This document shows positions 56,561 through 64,000 of a stretch of 64,000 nucleotides of DNA, piece by piece. The first letter of the stretch is position 1. Each line of letters opens with the position of its first letter. The translations under genes were made by a program, and so were the position numbers. The notes below the pieces were generated by a model, which worked only from the letters and a program-made list of their open reading frames with translations, was not told the DNA's origin and searched no databases. Source of the stretch: OCS155 cluster bacterium AG-349-E07 (lineage in GTDB: Bacteria > Actinomycetota > Acidimicrobiia > Actinomarinales > Actinomarinaceae); NCBI GenBank assembly GCA_003281085.1, contig QCCZ01000004.1:3419-67418 (forward strand). The letters are read 5' to 3'.

Positions 56561-57250
56561 ATGAATAACAACCCATACATTTTTACCGAAAAAGAAATAG
56601 AAAAATTACCAAATTCTTTTTACTCACATGCTGAAGCTATTTTTCACTTGACTGAAGTTGGAATAGAAGTCAAACAAACTCGTGTTGCCGAATGGCTGGG
56701 TGTTAGTAGAGCAAATGTTTCTCAGGTAATTGGAAGAATGCAAAACAGTGGTCTCATAAAAATGCAAGATGAATTGGAGCTGTCTGAAAAGGGAACATAC
56801 CTAGCGAAGATGATAGCAAGAAGACATAGAATAGTTGAGAGATTTCTATCTGAAGTTTTAGATTTGCCATGGGAACAAGTTTATAGGGAGACAAAAAAAT
56901 GGGAAAATGTTTTAAGTTCTGTAACTGAAGATGCCATGCTTAAAGTTTTAGGTTATCCAAAAACTGGAATTTTTGGTAACCCGATACCCTATTCAAGCTA
57001 CTTTGAAGGCCCAATGACTAGATTGATTGATGCAAAAGGTGATACAAATAAAAAATATTCCATTGTAAAAATATCAGAAGAGCTAAAAAGGGACAGTTCA
57101 ATAATATCTTTTCTTCAAAAGAATAATATTTTACCTGGAAATCAAATAAATATTTATGATGCGAACGATTACTCAATTACAGTCAGTGTTGTTAAAAATC
57201 AATTTTTTGGGTTAGATCAATTTATTGCTGAGAGAGTTTTTATCAGTTGA
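56561..57250 (+). CDS. DtxR/IdeR-family transcriptional regulator with C-terminal SH3-like (FeoA-type) domain
   Basis: 229 aa with the wHTH VAEWLGVSRANVSQVIGRMQNSGLI, the dimerisation helix RRHRIVERFLSEVL and the FGNPIP linker. Several canonical metal ligands are substituted. Confidence 0.85.
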   Translation: MNNNPYIFTEKEIEKLPNSFYSHAEAIFHLTEVGIEVKQTRVAEWLGVSRANVSQVIGRMQNSGLIKMQDELELSEKGTYLAKMIARRHRIVERFLSEVLDLPWEQVYRETKKWENVLSSVTEDAMLKVLGYPKTGIFGNPIPYSSYFEGPMTRLIDAKGDTNKKYSIVKISEELKRDSSIISFLQKNNILPGNQINIYDANDYSITVSVVKNQFFGLDQFIAERVFIS

Positions 57251-57290
57251 TTAAATTTATGTTTACGCATAGAAATTTTATAATTTTACT

Positions 57291-57773
57291 ATGAGTAATT
57301 TAATTGAAAACATTCCCTATGAGCTTTTCAGCTATATAGGTGGTGGTATATTTCTTTTCATTATTTTATACAAATTTTTTCCAAAATTATTTGTAAAGAT
57401 TCATAAACCGATTTTTTTTACAATAGGTATTCTTTCACTTTCATTAGGCTACGTAGGTATTGTGGTTCCGGGCTTGCCTACAACTGTATTTATATTGATT
57501 GCAGCTTGGGCTTTTTCAAAGTGTTCGGAAAGGTTTACTTTATGGCTTGAAAATCATAGAATATTTGGGCCAATAATTTTAAATTGGCAGACTTATAAAG
57601 GTCTGTCAAGAAGAGCAAAAAAATTGGCAATTTCAATGATTGTGCCTACATTCGCATTAACTATTTACTTTGTATTTTCGCTAGTAGGAGATTTAATCTT
57701 TGGTTCTTTTGGTTTAGCTCTATGTATTTGGTTAGCTACCAGACCGGAACCACCTTTAGAAAATAGAGCTTAA
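57291..57773 (+). CDS. YbaN/DUF454-family inner-membrane protein
   Basis: 160 aa. The block GIVVPGLPTTVFILIAAWAFSKCSERFTLWLENHRIFGP is characteristic of DUF454. Confidence 0.65.
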   Translation: MSNLIENIPYELFSYIGGGIFLFIILYKFFPKLFVKIHKPIFFTIGILSLSLGYVGIVVPGLPTTVFILIAAWAFSKCSERFTLWLENHRIFGPIILNWQTYKGLSRRAKKLAISMIVPTFALTIYFVFSLVGDLIFGSFGLALCIWLATRPEPPLENRA

Positions 57774-57774
57774 A

Positions 57775-58377
57775 TCAATTAGCCTCGGGGATTTGATAGC
57801 CAATTGGTGAAACCTTATCTAATTCAAAAATATCTCTTGCCTGAGCTTCGTAGTTCAAACCTATAGATATCTGGTCACCTTCTGTAACTCTATTTCCTTT
57901 TTCGTCTAATCTTGCATTCATAGTTGCTTTTTTCCCCGATTTGCATATAGTTTTAATTTCAGTCATTTCATCTGACCAAGCTAGTAGATATGCACTTCCA
58001 GGAAAGGGCTCTCCTCTAAAATCTGTTCTCAATCCGTAACATAAAACTGGTATTTTTAATTTATCCACCACCAAAGTAAGCTGTAGAACTTGTTTTGGGC
58101 TTAAAAACTGCGCTTCATCTACTAGAATACATGACACACTTTCTCTTTGGTGTTCATGTGCTGTCCAGACGTACAAGTCGTCATCTGATGTAAATATTTC
58201 ACAATCTCTATCTAAACCAATACGAGAAGTTATTCTTCCTTCACCGAATCTATCATCTAATTTTGGAGTAAATAATAGAGTTCTCATATCTCTCTCTTCA
58301 TAGTTATGAGCAGATTGAAGAAGAGTAGTGCTTTTTCCTGCATTCATTGCTGAGTAATAAAAATATAATTTTGCCAT
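57775..58377 (-). CDS. tdk: Thymidine kinase
   Basis: 200 aa. [33 protein letters not shown].. and [18 protein letters not shown] closely resemble E. coli-type Tdk. Confidence 0.93.
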   Translation of the reverse strand: MAKLYFYYSAMNAGKSTTLLQSAHNYEERDMRTLLFTPKLDDRFGEGRITSRIGLDRDCEIFTSDDDLYVWTAHEHQRESVSCILVDEAQFLSPKQVLQLTLVVDKLKIPVLCYGLRTDFRGEPFPGSAYLLAWSDEMTEIKTICKSGKKATMNARLDEKGNRVTEGDQISIGLNYEAQARDIFELDKVSPIGYQIPEAN

Positions 58378-58409
58378 TTCTTATATATTAGTTCTTAAAT
58401 AAAAAGTTT

Positions 58410-59405
58410 CTATCTAAGTGCTACTATTCTTCCAATTGTTTTTCTACTACCAATAAGTTCTAGATACTTAATAATTTCATCAAAATTTATTGTCTCGTAT
58501 ACAGGTTTAATAGTTTTATTCAAATAGCGATCAAATATAATCTTCATCCTTGTTTCTAAATACTCTTTATCATCATTTTCAAAACTAATCATAAAAACAC
58601 CCATTATTGAAATATTTTTGACCAAAAGATAACTAAGTAGCTGAGAGGGAATATTTCCGCTCGCAAAACCTACAATAAGTGCCCTGCCTTCAGATGATAA
58701 AAGCCTTATTCCTTCTTCATAAGGTTCGCCTCCAACTTGATCATAAAATACATTTACTGATCTTTTGCCAAATTTTTCTTCAACAACATCTTTAAGATTT
58801 TCCTTTTGATAATTAATAACTAGATCTGGTTCAAATTGTTGAATAAACTTCTTTTTTTCATCTGAACCTACAGCAGCTATAACTCTTGCACCTTCAATTT
58901 TTGCTAGTTGCACAGCAGAAATTCCTACTCCACCTGCGGCAGCATTAACTAAAACAATCTCATCATTTTTTAATTGAGCTCGTCTGTGGAGAGCAAAATC
59001 TGATGTTAAATAAGACATAAGGATTGCAGCGCCAACTTCATAAGAAATTTCTTCAGGGAGTTTATATGCTAAATTTTCTGAAGCAACGCAGTATTCGCCA
59101 AAGCTACCATGTCTTCCTGATCTAAATACTGTAGTTGCTGCAACTACTCTATCTCCTACGGCAAATTTGCTGTCAGCACTGCACTCTTTAACAGTACCTG
59201 CAACTTCAAAGCCAGGAACAAAAGGTGTTTTAGGGTTTGATTGATACATGCCACTTGATAAAAGTAAATCTGCAAAATTTAACGTTGCTGCTTTTGTTTC
59301 AATTATCAATTCTTTTTCTCTAATTGCTGGGTACTTGATTGATTTATATTTTAAATTCGAAAATGGTGCAATATCGTCTTGTACCCATGCATGGTAATTC
59401 TCCAT
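58410..59405 (-). CDS. MDR-superfamily NAD(P)H:quinone oxidoreductase-like dehydrogenase
   Basis: 331 aa with a GroES-like N-domain and the Rossmann motif VNAAAGGVGISAVQLAK. It lacks the Cys/His zinc site of alcohol dehydrogenases. Confidence 0.75.
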   Translation of the reverse strand: MENYHAWVQDDIAPFSNLKYKSIKYPAIREKELIIETKAATLNFADLLLSSGMYQSNPKTPFVPGFEVAGTVKECSADSKFAVGDRVVAATTVFRSGRHGSFGEYCVASENLAYKLPEEISYEVGAAILMSYLTSDFALHRRAQLKNDEIVLVNAAAGGVGISAVQLAKIEGARVIAAVGSDEKKKFIQQFEPDLVINYQKENLKDVVEEKFGKRSVNVFYDQVGGEPYEEGIRLLSSEGRALIVGFASGNIPSQLLSYLLVKNISIMGVFMISFENDDKEYLETRMKIIFDRYLNKTIKPVYETINFDEIIKYLELIGSRKTIGRIVALR

Positions 59406-59446
59406 ATGAATATTTTAAATGAATTGCCCTATGGTATCATTTTGCT

Positions 59447-59827
59447 ATGGAAAATATCTTAAAATACCTACTCATGGTTGGATTGTCAATTTGGATTGGT
59501 TCGATGGTTACTTGGGCAGTTTTTGCACCAAAACTTAATAAATTTGATCCTACAAAAAATACAACAAGTGTGCTCCGAGACTCTTTTAGTAAAATTTCTT
59601 GGATTTCTTATGCTGTTGCTTTAATCGCAAGTATAACAATTAGATTTACAATAGAAAGTGGCACATCAGATTGGTCAATAGTGATAGGTGCCTTACTTTT
59701 AGCGGGAGCAGTTATAGCATTTCACAGTGTAGCAACAAATGTAAGTGATGCAGTAAGAGGTATCTTTAATGGCTTAATGCTCTTATTGGCTCTAGTAGCA
59801 CTGTATCTTGCAACAATATATATCTAA
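59447..59827 (+). CDS. Small four-helix membrane protein, unknown function
   Basis: 126-aa hydrophobic ORF. I recognise no motif with confidence. Confidence 0.5.
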   Translation: MENILKYLLMVGLSIWIGSMVTWAVFAPKLNKFDPTKNTTSVLRDSFSKISWISYAVALIASITIRFTIESGTSDWSIVIGALLLAGAVIAFHSVATNVSDAVRGIFNGLMLLLALVALYLATIYI

Positions 59828-60369
59828 AAAGAATTTATTAAATCTAAATCTTCTTCTGCAATAATTCCATATCCTCGAGTAAGAATATTTTTAGTATCTT
59901 TTTCAATCAAAAACCAATATATTGTTTCGTTAGAAGGTATGTCTAAGTGTGTTAAAAACTGATCTAGGTCAACATAAGCAGTAATTGTTCTATCTCTTAT
60001 TCTGTCATCTCTAATTCCTGCCCGCATTATTCCGTCTAAGTAGACTTCAAATAATTTTGAACTCTTTTGTACAGTTGGAACCTCAATAATGTTATGTGTG
60101 TCACCAAATCCATTATTTTCTAGCAAAGATATTGATTCATCTACTAAAGGTTGATGCCATTGTTGAAACGCAACAATAATAATTAAATTTTTATCAACAA
60201 AATCATCTGGTACAACTTTGTCTCTTTTATTTAAATCTCTTCCATTTATCTCTGGAAACTCTCCATATTCAACAGTCACTTCATTCTCCTGTTCTGCCTG
60301 ACAACTTACAGAAAAAAATAAAATTAATACAAGGAAGCTAGTCTTGAACCGGACCAAGGACTGCCTCAA
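59824..60369 (-). CDS. Putative lipoprotein, unknown function
   Basis: 181 aa with a signal peptide and lipobox-like FFSVSC. It overlaps the upstream SRPBCC gene by 32 nt. Confidence 0.55.
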   Translation of the reverse strand: MRQSLVRFKTSFLVLILFFSVSCQAEQENEVTVEYGEFPEINGRDLNKRDKVVPDDFVDKNLIIIVAFQQWHQPLVDESISLLENNGFGDTHNIIEVPTVQKSSKLFEVYLDGIMRAGIRDDRIRDRTITAYVDLDQFLTHLDIPSNETIYWFLIEKDTKNILTRGYGIIAEEDLDLINSF

Positions 60370-60775
60370 GATTTTTAATTTGTTTATCCATTAATTTGTT
60401 AAAAATAGGTCTTATAAAGATTCCCAATACAAAAAAAGGAAAATTGTATTTAATATCTACAGAATAAGTAACTTCAGTACCTCTTGAATTTGCTGACAAA
60501 AAAATAGTGTCAACAATTGTAAATATAGAAGTGCTTGCTTGTAAAGAGACTCTTAAAGGTGGGCCCCATTCAATAATCTCATAGTTATATTCTCTTGGCT
60601 TATTATTAAAATGTGTTTTTACTTTGAAGACTGAGCCTTGTCTTAAAGGTTCTTTTGTAATAAGTTCACCTTCGTCGCCTTCAGCCCATTTTTCTAAATT
60701 TCTAAAATCTGATAAAAAACCATAAGCTGAATCAATATCTGTATTAACTGTTACTGTTCTTGAAAAGTTTGGCAT
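60338..60775 (-). CDS. SRPBCC-superfamily (polyketide cyclase/START-like) ligand-binding protein
   Basis: 145 aa. The N-terminus FSRTVTVNTDIDSAYGFLSDFRNLEKW is typical of SRPBCC proteins. Confidence 0.65.
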   Translation of the reverse strand: MPNFSRTVTVNTDIDSAYGFLSDFRNLEKWAEGDEGELITKEPLRQGSVFKVKTHFNNKPREYNYEIIEWGPPLRVSLQASTSIFTIVDTIFLSANSRGTEVTYSVDIKYNFPFFVLGIFIRPIFNKLMDKQIKNLEAVLGPVQD

Positions 60776-60815
60776 ACGTTTATATTAAGTTGATTAAATT
60801 TTTGTAGGAAATTGT

Positions 60816-61640
60816 TTATCTAAGATTTAAAGATCTATTTCTAAATCCTATAAATCCTATTGCCAAAAATATTGCTATTTTACCAATGACGAGTAACAAG
60901 TCTTCAGCAAATAATCCATCTTGATAAGGGTTGCCATATGCTCCAAAAGAAGAAAGGTTATCATCAAACCACTGAAAGAAATCATTTGTTCCAGCTAGTG
61001 AGTTAGTTAAATATTCAAATGCCATTAAACCTCCACCAAAAGCCCAAGCCATTGAAGATTTTCCAGTAAATGCTCCGAGCGCAAATCCAAGAGCACCATA
61101 GGTAACTCCAGCCAAAGCAGCTTGAAGTGTTGCTTTCATAAGTGGAACATAATCAAGTGTTTGACTAAGTTCTATAGTTGCAATTGGAATAAACATAATA
61201 TTTGTCCATGCAAAAGTTACAAATAAACCGAATACAACAACAACAATTGATTGTGTTAAATACACAGAAGTTCTTGTCATTGGTAAAGCAGCAACAAATT
61301 CAAAAGTCCCATCCTCTTCTGCTTTTGAACCTAATTTATTTAAAAGAATTATTGTGGCTGTACCAATTAAAAGAGGAACAAAGGGAACTAAAAAATAAGT
61401 TGTTACCATTCCTTCTAATGTAAAAACATTGTCCCAATCCGAAATTCCCAATAAATTCATCATTGTTTCATTTTCTGACATTCCTCTAAAAGCTTCTCTT
61501 TGTGTGTCAATAAGCAAGCTTTCTACACTTGAATTTGCAAATGCTAGTGGAAGTATTAATAAGTAAACTCCTCCAGAAATTGCCCAATTTAAAATAAATT
61601 TTCTTGGAACTGTAATCATATATTTGAAATAATTAAACAT
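60816..61640 (-). CDS. ABC-2-type exporter permease
   Basis: 274 aa, six TM. Its start overlaps the stop of the upstream ATPase gene by 1 nt. Confidence 0.7.
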   Translation of the reverse strand: MFNYFKYMITVPRKFILNWAISGGVYLLILPLAFANSSVESLLIDTQREAFRGMSENETMMNLLGISDWDNVFTLEGMVTTYFLVPFVPLLIGTATIILLNKLGSKAEEDGTFEFVAALPMTRTSVYLTQSIVVVVFGLFVTFAWTNIMFIPIATIELSQTLDYVPLMKATLQAALAGVTYGALGFALGAFTGKSSMAWAFGGGLMAFEYLTNSLAGTNDFFQWFDDNLSSFGAYGNPYQDGLFAEDLLLVIGKIAIFLAIGFIGFRNRSLNLR

Positions 61641-62353
61641 TATCCCTCTCTTCTATCATAGAATGTAAAAAAAGCATCTTCTAAATCTTGACCTTCTTCT
61701 TTTGCTTTAATTAAAAATGTCTCATATGTTTCGTCATATACTTTTGCACCTTCTCTTAAAACAGCCATCGAGTCGGCAACTTTTTCAACCTCAGAAATAA
61801 TATGTGATGATAAAAGTATCGCTGAACCATTTTTAGCAAATTCTTTTACAATTTCAAAAAAAGTTCTTTGATGAAAGGGGTCTAGGCCTGAAGTTGGTTC
61901 ATCTAAAATTAATGCCTTTGGCTTATGAAGTACCGCAAGTATCAATGCAACTTTTTGTCTGTTACCTTTAGATAATTCTTTGAGAGTTTGATCAACCTCC
62001 AATTCAAACTTTTCTGCTAATTCCATAGCATAATCAGTTGATTGACCTCTCATGTCTGCACCAAGTTTAAATAGTGACTTTGAATTTAAATTTTGTGGAA
62101 GTTGAGGATCTCCAGGTAAATATCCTATTATTTTCTTTGCCTCAACAGGGTTTTCAATTGTATCAATTCCCTCAACTGAAAGTGAACCTTCAGAGGGCAT
62201 CAAAAATCCCATAAGACTTCTCATTGTTGTAGATTTGCCCGCCCCATTAGGACCAAGAAGCCCTTTAACTTCGCCATTATCTACAGAGATATTGATATCT
62301 CCAACACCTTTTCCATTTTTGTATCTCATAGTGAGATTGTTAATTTGAATCAC
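61640..62353 (-). CDS. ABC exporter ATP-binding protein
   Basis: 237 aa with Walker A GPNGAGKST, signature LSKGNRQKVALILA and Walker B LILDEP. Confidence 0.9.
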   Translation of the reverse strand: MIQINNLTMRYKNGKGVGDINISVDNGEVKGLLGPNGAGKSTTMRSLMGFLMPSEGSLSVEGIDTIENPVEAKKIIGYLPGDPQLPQNLNSKSLFKLGADMRGQSTDYAMELAEKFELEVDQTLKELSKGNRQKVALILAVLHKPKALILDEPTSGLDPFHQRTFFEIVKEFAKNGSAILLSSHIISEVEKVADSMAVLREGAKVYDETYETFLIKAKEEGQDLEDAFFTFYDRREG

Positions 62354-62389
62354 AAATATATTTTAAGCTAAAAGATTAAATTAAATATT

Positions 62390-62524
62390 TTATTCTTCAG
62401 ATTTTTCATTTTTTTGTTTATTTCTTAACCAAGTTAAAAGTAAAGCTGGTATTAAAAACATTAGCATTTCATCCCAGCCACCTTGGTGTTGAAAGGCTGG
62501 CGGGGGTATTATCTTAATAAGCAT
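62390..62524 (-). CDS. Candidate 44-aa membrane micro-protein immediately downstream of the second nuoN
   Basis: My translation is MLIKIIPPPAFQHQGGWDEMLMFLIPALLLTWLRNKQKNEKSEE. The ATG lies 3 nt after the nuoN-paralogue stop. It has one TM helix and a charged tail and was too short for the ORF track. Confidence 0.45.
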   Translation of the reverse strand: MLIKIIPPPAFQHQGGWDEMLMFLIPALLLTWLRNKQKNEKSEE

Positions 62525-62527
62525 TTT

Positions 62528-64000
62528 CTAAAGATAGTTTTCTACCATCCATCTTGTGATGTTTACAAGAGTATTTGGTAAAAGTCCAAAATAAATTGTC
62601 GAAGCAGCCATAAATCCAAGTAAGACTTTATCAGAAATGCTAATTTTTATCTTTTCAATTGAATTATCAGTTTTTTCAATTGCAGCTACCCAAATTGGTC
62701 TTAAGTAAAAATAGAACCCAGCAACCGTTGTAAGCATTAACACAGTCACAATTAAATATTTTTCATATGACCATAAATTCGTAATCAAAATAAATTTTGA
62801 AACGAAACCACTAGTTAGAGGGAGCCCTGCAATGCCAAGCATGAATATAGAAAATGTAATGGTTAAAAATTTATTTTCTTTAAACAATCCTGACAAATTT
62901 GAGATTTTAAAATCTGAACTCAATTGTCCGCTTATGATTGAAAATACTGTAAAAACTCCAATTAATTGTATGATGTACGTGATTAAATAAAATATAGATG
63001 CACTTATGCCATAGACACCAAAAGAGATCCCCGAAAGTATAAATCCAGACTGTATGACTCCACTGTATGCAATCAGCCTTTTAATATCAGTTTGATTTGT
63101 AGCGAATAATGCGCCAGCTAAAACTGACAAAATTACAATTGCTGTAAAAAATAAATCAAATTTATCAAGGATGAATCTTAATGAAATAGCGGAAAGCCTT
63201 GCTAAAACTATAAATGATGCGGCTTTCGCAACAGCAGCCATATACCCAACATATCCTGTTGGAGAACCTTGGTAGACATCAGGTGCCCATGCTTGAAATG
63301 GTGCGGCCGCAACCTTAAATAAAAGTCCAACTAGTACCATTATCAAGCCAATCAAACTTGTTAACGGAACATTGTCAGGGCCAATAAAACTGATTGCGAT
63401 GCTTGTTTCGTATACTCCACTTATTGATAAAGAGACATATAAAAGTGCAACACCATAAATTAAAATACAAGAAGCTAATGATCCTAAAAGAAAATACTTT
63501 AAAGATGCCTCGTTACTGAGTTGATCACCTCTATTTAATCCAGCCAATGCATACAGACTTATTGATCCAATTTCTAAACCAATAAATAACATTATGAAGT
63601 TTTCTGCATCCACCATAAGTAGAAATCCAGATGCAGACATCAAAATTAAAATCAAAGCTTCTGTAGTTTTATTATCAATTACTTCTGAAGTTTTCCAAAA
63701 GGAATTAAATGTTAACAGTAAAACTAATCCAATAAGAACATTTCCGACTAAAGAGAACTCATCAAGAAGTATCTTCTCTGAAAAATAAGACGTTATACCA
63801 TCTCTTGCAAAAAGTCCAAATTTAAGAAAAATTGTAAATAATGTAATAAGAATTCCAACAAATGAAATATATTTTTTAACATAAACGGGTGTTGAGATTG
63901 TAATTGTGCAAAAAAGCAACACTAGAGTTGTAAATAGCAGTGCTAGGGTTGGACCAATCACAACAAAATTAATACCTAAGAATTCAGAAATACCGTTCAT
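62528..64000 (-). CDS. nuoN: NADH-quinone oxidoreductase subunit N paralogue (last gene of a second nuo-type operon)
   Basis: 490 aa with the NuoN block FKVAAAPFQAWAPDVYQGSP. The ATG occupies 63998-64000, exactly at the window edge, and the upstream genes are out of view. Confidence 0.85.
   Translation of the reverse strand: MNGISEFLGINFVVIGPTLALLFTTLVLLFCTITISTPVYVKKYISFVGILITLFTIFLKFGLFARDGITSYFSEKILLDEFSLVGNVLIGLVLLLTFNSFWKTSEVIDNKTTEALILILMSASGFLLMVDAENFIMLFIGLEIGSISLYALAGLNRGDQLSNEASLKYFLLGSLASCILIYGVALLYVSLSISGVYETSIAISFIGPDNVPLTSLIGLIMVLVGLLFKVAAAPFQAWAPDVYQGSPTGYVGYMAAVAKAASFIVLARLSAISLRFILDKFDLFFTAIVILSVLAGALFATNQTDIKRLIAYSGVIQSGFILSGISFGVYGISASIFYLITYIIQLIGVFTVFSIISGQLSSDFKISNLSGLFKENKFLTITFSIFMLGIAGLPLTSGFVSKFILITNLWSYEKYLIVTVLMLTTVAGFYFYLRPIWVAAIEKTDNSIEKIKISISDKVLLGFMAASTIYFGLLPNTLVNITRWMVENYL

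Noticed and set aside
1-64000. CRISPR arrays, transposases, integrases, prophage or defence-island genes, and rRNA genes.
   Set aside because: I saw no spaced direct-repeat arrays and no ORFs with DDE/tyrosine-recombinase-like motifs. tRNA-flanked insertions are absent. Every ORF over 60 aa that I accept has a housekeeping, membrane or hypothetical character.

Overview
This is an AT-rich (roughly one-third G+C by eye, not computed), very gene-dense bacterial chromosome segment. I saw no rRNA, CRISPR, transposase or integrase signals.

Left half (1 to ~33,300): one uninterrupted minus-strand transcription/translation supercluster. In transcription order it holds:
- tRNA-Tyr/Thr/Met and rpmG
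- an ECF sigma / ZAS anti-sigma pair
- tRNA-Trp, secE, nusG, rplKA
- rplJL, rpoBC, rpsLG-fusA-tuf
- the complete S10-spc-alpha ribosomal operons (with secY, adk, map, infA, rpmJ, rpoA)
- a small membrane protein, truA, rplM and the start of rpsI

Likely source (inference): a streamlined low-GC actinobacterium. The evidence is the synteny (tyrT-thrT-metT-rpmG; trpT-secE), a charged insertion in beta-prime, a short-LID Adk, and DtxR- and ZAS-family regulators.

Right half, from left to right:
- membrane and hypothetical genes, then a PfkB kinase / rhodanese / HtpX string
- an 11-gene nuoABCDHIJKLMN operon that lacks nuoEFG, followed in-operon by an NDUFAF7/DUF185-like methyltransferase
- an alkaline-phosphatase-superfamily gene and a DUF4349-like lipoprotein
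- a heliorhodopsin-family gene, the most interesting element; the retinal Lys, counterion Glu and both His are conserved
- an FbpABC-like Fe(III) ABC importer
- a ferrochelatase with a 4-Cys insert
- a DtxR-family regulator with degenerate metal ligands
- a YbaN-like protein, thymidine kinase and an MDR oxidoreductase
- an ABC-2 exporter / SRPBCC / lipoprotein string
- the last gene of a second nuo-type operon (a nuoN paralogue plus a 44-codon membrane micro-ORF); that operon continues beyond the right edge

Other points:
- L36, L33 and S14 occur at their canonical loci only as Cys-poor (zinc-independent type) forms.
- A strong intrinsic terminator abuts the rpsJ Shine-Dalgarno.
- A 14-nt motif is shared upstream of nuoA and the heliorhodopsin gene.

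All family assignments come from reading the translations. No database search or computation was possible.
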